The notes under the pieces are model-generated. The model was not told the origin of the DNA. It saw only the letters and a program-made list of their open reading frames with translations, and searched no databases. A stretch of DNA of 63,194 nt, filler included, from Octopus bimaculoides (taxonomy: Eukaryota), in NCBI RefSeq assembly GCF_001194135.2. It is 6 parts of 6 records of this genome, joined end to end, with 100 filler letters (N's around TTAATTAATTAA, not from the genome) between each part and the next. Parts side by side here need not be neighbours in the genome. Positions count along the whole stretch, not along the records: positions 40,509 to 60,916 come from NC_068990.1; positions 61,017 to 63,194 come from NW_026427402.1; 4 more parts are not named here. The stretch is one strand, 5' to 3'. The position numbers and the translations under genes are program-made. The stretch's first letter is position 1, and each line of letters begins with the position of its first letter. Positions 53,887 to 63,194 of the stretch are shown piece by piece.

Positions 53887-54959
53887 NNNNNNNNNNNNNN
53901 NNNNNNNNNNNNNNNNNNNNNNNNNNNNNNNNNNNNNNNNNNNNNNNNNNNNNNNNNNNNNNNNNNNNNNNNNNNNNNNNNNNNNNNNNNNNNNNNNNNN
54001 NNNNNNNNNNNNNNNNNNNNNNNNNNNNNNNNNNNNNNNNNNNNNNNNNNNNNNNNNNNNNNNNNNNNNNNNNNNNNNNNNNNNNNNNNNNNNNNNNNNN
54101 NNNNNNNNNNNNNNNNNNNNNNNNNNNNNNNNNNNNNNNNNNNNNNNNNNNNNNNNNNNNNNNNNNNNNNNNNNNNNNNNNNNNNNNNNNNNNNNNNNNN
54201 NNNNNNNNNNNNNNNNNNNNNNNNNNNNNNNNNNNNNNNNNNNNNNNNNNNNNNNNNNNNNNNNNNNNNNNNNNNNNNNNNNNNNNNNNNNNNNNNNNNN
54301 NNNNNNNNNNNNNNNNNNNNNNNNNNNNNNNNNNNNNNNNNNNNNNNNNNNNNNNNNNNNNNNNNNNNNNNNNNNNNNNNNNNNNNNNNNNNNNNNNNNN
54401 NNNNNNNNNNNNNNNNNNNNNNNNNNNNNNNNNNNNNNNNNNNNNNNNNNNNNNNNNNNNNNNNNNNNNNNNNNNNNNNNNNNNNNNNNNNNNNNNNNNN
54501 NNNNNNNNNNNNNNNNNNNNNNNNNNNNNNNNNNNNNNNNNNNNNNNNNNNNNNNNNNNNNNNNNNNNNNNNNNNNNNNNNNNNNNNNNNNNNNNNNNNN
54601 NNNNNNNNNNNNNNNNNNNNNNNNNNNNNNNNNNNNNNNNNNNNNNNNNNNNNNNNNNNNNNNNNNNNNNNNNNNNNNNNNNNNNNNNNNNNNNNNNNNN
54701 NNNNNNNTTCTTGGAAGTTGCATCCTGTTTCATATAAATTTTATGATGGTACGCATTATACCTTGTGAAAAGCCTTTTACCTTTTCTATTTTCTGCCTTT
54801 TGTTCAATTTTTTAAAACAAGAAAAGGAGAACACTACTTTCATTGCCCATCTATTATTTGTTTTCAGAGGCTTCAGTCTATTTAGCTTTGTTTTGAGTAC
54901 TTTCCTAGTCTTTGTTTTAACCATTTCGGATATTTTCNNNNNNNNNNAGATCTTCTTCA

Positions 54960-55720
54960 TTTCTGTAACTCTTTAGTATTTATTCTTGTTGTTTGGAATT
55001 TATCTTGTAGCTTTGGGATTTTGATGTTGTGATTGTTTATTTTTTGAATGACGTTGCACTGTAGATGTGAGAGACCATTCTGATCACTTTGAAGATAAAA
55101 CAAGCGTCGTATTTGGGCCTGATATGGCCTGTTTGAATAGGAAAGGTTCTTATTCTCTTAGTCTGCTTTTGCTGAGCCTGCTGTATCAAGATGACTGTTC
55201 CATCATGTGTTTACATAGTATGTATACCATGTATACTTTTATCCCTTTTCACCGTCTTTTTCCTTTCACCTCATCTTACATGTAAATTCCACTACAAATT
55301 GTAGACTGTTCTTGTGATGTGCCCACATCTATGCCCCTGAGGCTAACAATTGAAATCACGACTGCCACCATCACCATCGTCATTATTATTGTCATACTCG
55401 TATACATTTTTGCTATGCACAGCTCAGATTTTGAAAGCCGATGGCGGCTTCTACATTTTACAAACCACTGCTTCTTCTCTTTCTTGGAAGTTGCATCCTG
55501 TTTCATATAAATTTTATGATGGTACGCATCATACCTTGTGAAAAGCCTTTTACCTTTTCTATTTTCTGCCTTTTGTTCAATTTTTTAAAACAAGAAAAGG
55601 AGAACACTACTTTCATTGCCCATCTATTATTTGTTTTCAGAGGCTTCAGTCTATTTAGCTTTGTTTTGAGTACTTTCCTAGTCTTTGTTTTAACCATTTC
55701 GGATATTTTCACCTCTCTTT
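54960..55720 (-). mobile_element. R4/Dong-like LINE remnant
   Basis: NNRWAMKVV...RMQLPRKRRSSGL resembles the post-RT INTWAV...RLYLPRK.GGRGL motif. Confidence 0.6.
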
Positions 55721-56600
55721 TCCCTTCATTTTCTCTTATCGTCCTGCTGCATTCTTAGCTGCATGTATCCTTTTTTCTCTCTCAGTGACCTAATGATATC
55801 CTCTTCTCGTACATTTATACCATTATATAAATTTTTTCAGCCTCTCTTCATGGTTACAACTGAACACTAAGTTACCTCCAAACTGCATCCCATTAACCTC
55901 GCTAGATTTTCTTAAAAGATAAATCAGAGAATAAACGTAATTTAGATTTTTTTAATGCGGTTTGAAGTCAACCATATAAAGCGAATAATACATTTTCACC
56001 CTGGTTTCAGCAAGCTTAGAGTTTCAAAATCCGCTACACTTAATTATAGTGACTCATTTTTTATAAAAGAAGCTTCGCTTCACACTCAAGTTAGAGTTGG
56101 CTCACTCTGGAATCTAATACTGATGAGAACTAAGAGTTCGAGTTGCATGCATCCATCAGTCAACAGAAGACACCCTGAGCTGACTGGTGTCTTTCACATC
56201 ATATTTCTTCAACGGGATAAGTCTTTTACAGGTCTTTCAAACATATCGGAACTGGTCTTAAGTTTGTTTACTTTCAGCCACAGCTTCTGCGCATCTACTC
56301 TCGAAATTCATTCAAGGGATTCAAAATATTATTAATGGTGATCCCAGAAGATATTATTAATGGCCATCACCGAATACTTTCATGTGTCGGAGCGGAATAT
56401 CATAAGTACATAGGATACAAATCGTATGTACTGAGGAAAGACCAATTCATGTCTGCAAAGACAGGAAAACTGTGCCAAGTATTTACTTAACGAGAATGAA
56501 AACCCTCTTCAGCGAGACATGCTTTGATTTTTATGATTCGAAAACCTTCGATCAAGAGCAAAAGTCTAGCTGGGTAGATGATAGATGTTTATGTGCAAAT

Positions 56601-56901
56601 CCTTCTGTTGCTTTCAGAGTGATACACATGATGTTTCCAGTAACTGTGACGGTTTTAGGTGTGGTGAGTGACGAAGGTCATATCATGCCGCCTCACATCT
56701 TTCTGACGGATCTTAGAATTAACGCTGCTGACTAAGCAGAGGAACTGCAGACTGTTGTTCCTCTTCTAAGTCAGCAGCATTAATTCCAAGATCCGACAGA
56801 AAGATGTGAGGCGGCATGATATGACCTTCGTCACTCACCACACCTAAAACCGTCACAGTTACTGGAACCATCATGTGTATCACTCTGAAAGCATCAGAAA
56901 G
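56601..56901. repeat. About 145-bp-arm hairpin, 11-nt loop
   Basis: 56601-56745 is the reverse complement of 56757-56901 with scattered mismatches. Confidence 0.9.
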
Positions 56902-56916
56902 ATTATATATATAGTT

Positions 56917-57260
56917 GAAGAAAAGCAACAAAAATTCAATAGGTTATAGCAGTACGTACGTTTCGTACAAACTTCATTTATTCATGTAGTGAGAACACTA
57001 CATAAAATGTGTAATGAAAATGTACTCCACAGCTGCATAATGGAATTTCATTTTAGAAAGTCATTTTGTAGATGTGTGCAAAAAACAAGAGTAAGAGAAG
57101 AAAAAATACCATCTTGACTTTCTAAAATGAAATTCCGTTATGCAGCTGAGGAGTACATTTTCATTATACATTTTGTGTAGTGTTCTCAATACATGAATAA
57201 ATGAAGTTTGTACGAAACGTACGTACTGCTATAACCTATTGAATTTTTGTTGCTTTTCTT
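56917..57260. repeat. About 145-bp-arm inverted repeat, about 50-nt spacer
   Basis: 56917-57063 is the reverse complement of 57115-57260. Confidence 0.9.
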
Positions 57261-57367
57261 TAAATTTTATTCACCAAATCTCTTGATTTTGTTTTTGGTT
57301 TTTACCCTACCAAATTCTGGTGCCTCAAACATTTTGAGTATCACATTTAATCTTTTGATTAAATCTA

Positions 57368-57425
<58 letters not shown>

Positions 57426-57589
57426 TATANNNNNNNNNNCGTACGTACTGCTATAACCTATTGAATTTTTGTTGCTTTTCTTTAAATTTTATTCACCAAA
57501 TCTCTTGATTTTGTTTTTGGTTTTTACCCTACCAAATTCTGGTGCCTCAAACATTTTGAGTATCACATTTAATCTTTTGATTAAATCTA

Positions 57590-57655
<66 letters not shown>

Positions 57656-58085
57656 TAAGACTCAGCGCCTTCTCACAAAGGCTACATAAGACAAGAATAG
57701 ACGGACAAATTTTAAGACAATGTATCACTAAAATCACCAAATTTACATCCAATTGAAGACATGTGTTAAGCGGGCGACTAATCGACAACCCCATAATACC
57801 ATACCTTCAATAAACGCTGCCATTGTCCTGGTGATGACCGAAATGAATAAGGATCATTCTCTGCAGTCATGTCAAAGATTCCGATCCAGCACCGAAACAG
57901 TCATTGAAACTGAAGGCAGATATTCAGAAAATAATCGTATAAGAAAGATTATCGAAAAATTATGCACATATTTTTATTGAGATACATTTAGTCTTTCGAG
58001 ATTAGAGATGTTTTATCAAATTACCATATACGTACCTAAGTACCTCTCGCTCCCTGTATATACATGTCAGTCTATCTATCTATCA

Positions 58086-58140
<55 letters not shown>

Positions 58141-58154
58141 CACATACAAACACA

Positions 58155-58233
<79 letters not shown>

Positions 58234-58631
58234 GTATACATACGCACATATATAGATGTGTATACATAAACATGCATATATCTATATCTACATATATAAG
58301 CACACACACCGATTCACACACATACATGCGGAGATATTTATATGCATATGTATGTGTCCCAAGACATTCAAAACAAATCAGCAAATGTCGTATTAAACTT
58401 ATACGGAAACGAATGCACAAAAACTAATATTATATGCATCCTTTAAATGAAAAGTAGACTTCTTCATTATCTAGTATGTGTATGTGTGTGGCTCTTATGT
58501 TTACGAAGAAAAGTTTCATAACCTTGTCCTTATAAATATAAAACATATAGAACTCTACTTAGAATGATCCATCAATTACTGTTTGAATGTCTTTTTTTCA
58601 TATATGACGACATATAAAAACAAAAGTTAAT

Positions 58632-58667
<36 letters not shown>

Positions 58668-58816
58668 TTATTTGTCTGTATGTGTGTATGTTTGTGCGTG
58701 TACATGTGCATATGCGTAATTCTATGTATGTATATGGATATATGAATACTTATCAAATATGATTATGCATATGTGGGCATATGTCTGTACATAAGCATCT
58801 CTTTCTCTCACTGTAT

Positions 58817-58858
<42 letters not shown>

Positions 58859-59645
58859 NNNNNNNNNNTGTGTGTGTGTGTGTGTGTAGATATACATAGA
58901 GATGTCGGTGGGTGTATCAGAGTTCACTAAAATCAATATAATATTAAATTACACTGAATTCAGTGATATAGTGAAATAAAATATATAGAACGACACACAC
59001 GAAATGATAACTGAAAATAAATCAAACACACAAACTACACACATACACAGACGCACAAATACACACACACACACACACACACAAGCGTACATATATAAGA
59101 ATGATTATTCAGGCGTACGCGCACAGTTTTATATGTGATTCTGGAAACAGAAATGAGCTGGAACTTCTATGCACATCAAATGCTTTCAACAGTATGTAAC
59201 AAAAACATTATTAGAAAATTACAGTTTATATATCAATTACCCTCTTATATATATATATACACACACACACACATAAATAAATATGTATATATTCATATAT
59301 ACATGCATACATACATACAGAAGATTATGCGTTGACATGTTACTAGAAAGCTACGTTATGATAGTAACATCGATCTTCAATTTTAGCCATTTCTCCGTAG
59401 TCTGAAAAACAATGACGAACAACCTTAGTCGATTTGCGAACATGATTGTGTTCTCATCAGAGGAGTGTACACCATCCGACAGTTTCCAGAGAAGCACTCT
59501 GGCCAAACTGTTTATATACTCAAAAAATGCAGCAGTTACTCTTTGAAGGGCTTCCTAATTTGCATACCGAAATTATTTAACACTATAAATACCAGCGGCC
59601 TGTCAACGGGGATCTTAGTCCACATGGTACCAAGGTATGATATAA

Positions 59646-60916
59646 TATATCAGGTCATCCCATAAGATCTTTCCGAATTTTGAATAAAGAAAACAAATGA
59701 TCAAATGTTATATTTAATTGAAATTCAATCATCAATGTACTTTTCCTGATTATCTATGACTTCCTTCCATCTATTTACAAGCTTTTTAATCCCATCAATG
59801 TAAAACTCTTTTGGTTTCAAAGCGGAGAACTCTGAAATGTCAGTTTTGACCTCCTCCTGGCTTGCGAAACTTATGTCCCCCAAATGATTCTGTAAACTAC
59901 GAAACAAATGGTAGTCTGAAGGAGAAGGTTGGGAGAATAAGGTGGATGAGGAATTTTTCCCCAACCAAGCTCTTCGATCTTCTGTGAGATGATTTTTGCA
60001 GTGTGGGGTCGCGCGTTGCTTGATAAAACATCATTCCTTTTCGATTCACTAAAGTGGGTCTTTTTATTTTTACTTCACAGCTTTGTTCAAACGCTCTAAT
60101 TGCTAACAGTAGACTTGAGCATTGCTTATTGCATTAAGTGGTAACAATTCAAAGTGAATTACTCGTTTGCAATCCCACCAGATTGAGAGAAGAACTTTTT
60201 CCCATGAAGTTCCATTCTTGGTTGTGGCTGAGCCTTTTCCTTTATACCAAGCCACTATTTACGACGTTTAACATTTCGATAGAAGATCAATTTTTCGTCA
60301 CCATTCGCAAGTCTATCCATAAAGGGTGAAATGAGTTCGCGAGAATGGAGAGAAGAGCAGATATCAACTCGGGATTTGCGGTTGCTTATGGACAATTCAT
60401 GAGGCATCCATTTTCCAAGTTTAGGAAACCTTCCAAGTTGTTGAAGATGACAATGAACAGTTGTATGGTTTAAACTAAGTTTCATTGCCAATTTTTCGAC
60501 TGATAATGCAGGATTTTCTTCAAGTAATACCTCAAGGAGCTTATCCTCAAACTCATCTGGACGTCCTGTTCGATCTTAATCTTCAGGCTGAAATCTCCAC
60601 TTCTGAATTTTGCAAACCATCTTCTGCACGTTCTTTCATTCAAGCATTATTTCCCATAAACTGAGTGTATGTTTCGAGTCACTTCGGCTGCAGAGTTTTC
60701 TTTTTTGTACTCATAAAACATTATGTGCCTTAAATACCATTTGGATACTTCCATGTTAGAAAGGGTTTTAATGAAAGAAATTTTAATTCTTTTATTCTGT
60801 AAAATAATAATTTAATTAGTTTAAATCTACACAAATGCATAAAAATAATTTTCAATTCCATTAGCCATTCTAAAATACTATTAAATTTCATTCAATTTTA
60901 AAAAATGTAAGATCGG
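59646..60916 (-). mobile_element. Near full-length decayed mariner
   Basis: TIR tatcaggtcatcccataagatctttccga at the left; right TIR begins (agatcgg) at the gap; LGKWMPHEL, NGDEKL and PSDYHLFRSL motifs. Confidence 0.92.
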
Positions 60917-61604
60917 NNNNNNNNNNNNNNNNNNNNNNNNNNNNNNNNNNNNNNNNNNNNTTAATTAATTAANNNNNNNNNNNNNNNNNNNNNNNNNNNN
61001 NNNNNNNNNNNNNNNNCGACTTAATCCCTTTGTCTGTCCTTGTTTGTCCCCTCTATATTTAGTCCCCTGTGGGCAATAAAAGAATATTAGTTGGTTTGTT
61101 GGTCGGTTAGCTAGTTGGCTGGTTATTTTCTCCAGTCACGCTTTAATCATAGCGTGAGAGAGAGTGTGTGTGAGCGCGTGTTGATGTAAAAGAGGGATAC
61201 AGAAAGTGTTAATGTAAGATACTATAGTAAGTCTTGGCGGCATGTAATGTGTAAAGGAGCACTCCATACACACACAGTGAGACAGAAAAGGGTCATAGAG
61301 CCAGAGACAGAGGACAAGGAGGAGAGGGAGTTGTTATGGAAGAAGTTTTACTAATGAGAAATTTGTTTTATTGAATTTCATTTTGAAGTAATATATATTT
61401 TTGTTTTAGAATTTTACTAACTCATCCATTAGCAAGAAATTTTTATAAAAAGTTAAACTATATTCATAGTATGTATGCCGTATTTCTTGATATTACCCGT
61501 GGCAGCAAAGATATACTTACCCAACGTTACCCATTATATTTTGATAGCGAAACAACCCAAGTATTTTATATTCCATATCCACACAGTGCGGTTCCAATTG
61601 CTCC

Positions 61605-61825
61605 ATATCGGGTCATGCGTGGCTTAGTGGTTAAGGTGTTGGACTCATGGNNNNNNNNNNNNNNNNNNNNNNNNNNNNNNNNNNNNNNNNNNNNNNNNNN
61701 NNNNNNNNNNNNNNNNNNTCCATATCGGGTCATGCGTGGCTTAGTGGTTAAGGTGTTGGACTCATGGTTGTAAGATTGTGGCTTCGATTCCTGGACCGGG
61801 GGACGCGTTGTGTTCTTGAGCAAAA
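61605..61825 (+). mobile_element. tRNA-derived SINE head (duplicated across a gap)
   Basis: tggcttagtggttaaggtgttggactcatgg...ttcgattcc; related minus copies at 5355-5460, 6090-6285 and 28225-28285. Confidence 0.8.
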
Positions 61826-62429
61826 NNNNNNNNNNNNNNNNNNNNNNNNNNNNNNNNNNNNNNNNNNNNNNNNNNNNNNNNNNNNNNNNNNNNNNNNNNN
61901 NNNNNNNNNNNNNNNNNNNNNNNNNNNNNNNNNNNNNNNNNNNNNNNNNNNNNNNNNNNNNNNNNNNNNNNNNNNNGTATGACTCGAGAAGGTAACTTCA
62001 CTTACTTACAGTATCAGGTCATACAGTGTTCACGTTAAGCTGCACACTTCAATTCTAAACTATGAGAGCAACGGGTAAAATGCCTTGCGCTGTCTGTCCC
62101 GGTGTTTTCTCTTTATCTTAGGGTTAGCGATGTACGAAATAACGGTGGTGCCAGGCCTTGTCGATACTTANNNNNNNNNNGGTTAGCGATGTACGAAATA
62201 ACGGTGGTGCCAGGCCTTGTCGATACTTACTTCGCCCTGAAACAATAACAGGGCCGAAGAGAGGGCTAGCCTGCATGTAAGGGCAAAAGTTGGTCTCATT
62301 CAGAAGAAGCATTGTGTAAACATTCCGTCTTTGAGAGTAGCTTCTGAGTTGAAGATACCCAGTTTGCGAGTAACAGAAAACAAAAGCCATTGATAAGTAT
62401 GTGCGTACACATGTATCTANNNNNNNNNN

Positions 62430-62464
<35 letters not shown>

Positions 62465-62469
62465 GTACA

Positions 62470-62550
62470 GTACGGTTTCTACATCGCGGATTTTCACCTA
62501 TCGCGGGGACTTTTGGAACGTAACACCCGCGATAGTTGAGGGATTACTGT
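62470..62550. mobile_element. pogo/Tigger-like MITE fragment
   Basis: Ends cgcgatagttgagggattactgt (CAGTAATCCCTC-type terminus) with internal cgcg repeats. Confidence 0.45.
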
Positions 62551-63194
62551 TTGTATGTATGTATGAAATTGAATAAATGACAAGGAAACAGGACATTGTG
62601 TAATCAACTTCATTAGCTTACAGTTGTTTCTGCTATCAGGTACATTGCATAAGTTTCAATGCTTGTACATCACCTTATAGCTTCCTCGGAGTTTCTAAAA
62701 TGATGTGCAAATTTACTTACATACGCGTGTATCTGTGTCTGTGTGCGTATATGTATTGAAAAAGAGATAGATAGCTAGCTAGATAGATAGATAGATACTT
62801 TCTTAACGAAAAAAGAAGGACTCCAGAGAAAATATGTAAAATGGGGCAGAGTTGTATATTCATTCACACACCACACGCACACATACGTGTATGATATCGC
62901 AAAAAGTATAGGGGTTGAAACCAAACTTATTGGAAACCTTCTGGGAGAAGATATGTGTTGATAAGGAATGCTCACCTGTCTCCCTCTCTCTCTCTCTCNN
63001 NNNNNNNNNNNNNTTCTATCTGCTGTTTATTCGAAATGCTCCTCTCTTTCACCTCTGCGCTCTCTGTTTCCTTAATTTCTTTCTCTCCCTCCTTTTCCCC
63101 CTCTTCTATTTCCTTCTCGTTCGCCTTATACATCCCACCTCTCTCTATTTGTCTTTCCCACACTTTCTCTATCTATCTATCTATCTATCTATCT

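Larger units (their letters stand above)
56290..57990 (+). mobile_element. Decayed maT/DD37D Tc1-mariner element disrupted by foldback duplications
   Basis: GYKSYVLRK, FPVTVTVLGVVSDEGHIMPPHIF, and C-terminal HNTIPSINAAI...CQRFRS...VIETEG. Confidence 0.75.

Noticed and set aside
12780-54768. Long ORF-track entries of 200-430 aa
   Set aside because: They consist almost entirely of X from N gaps.
54708-55709. Apparent direct duplication 54708-54936 versus 55481-55709
   Set aside because: Near-identical copy on a tiny contig between gaps; most likely redundant assembly or a second haplotype.
57209-57660. Tandem duplicate across a 10-N gap (likewise 61599/61719 and 62141/62181)
   Set aside because: Identical sequence on both sides of a short gap indicates unmerged contig overlap.

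Overview
AT-rich, repeat-dense eukaryotic draft-assembly window with roughly 7-8 kb of N gaps. The SINE, MITE and microsatellite content points to a coleoid cephalopod, most likely Octopus (inference from recognised repeat families). No long intact ORF is present, and nearly all ORF-track entries are microsatellite or gap artefacts. Most of the window is tRNA-derived SINEs, decayed mariner/maT/hAT transposons, MITEs and LINE/Penelope fragments (R4/Dong-type RLE, RTE with C2H2 fingers, CR1, GIY-YIG). Manual splice-signal reading suggests the 5' end of a minus-strand protein-coding gene built from tiny exons (about 36159-36830 UTR; 27328-27464 with ATG; 19591-19622; 2032-2086). These join in frame to MAEFQEQQRTVMLILYCAPESPQSEFESLVIQ and continue off the left edge; I cannot name the protein. 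Its introns hold a candidate 29-nt frameshifting cassette exon, a candidate intronic terminal exon, and an antisense plus-strand microexon chain. A possible divergent plus-strand transcript starts near 39.5 kb. Several long inverted repeats and foldbacks could form dsRNA. All gene models are sequence-only predictions and need RNA-seq.
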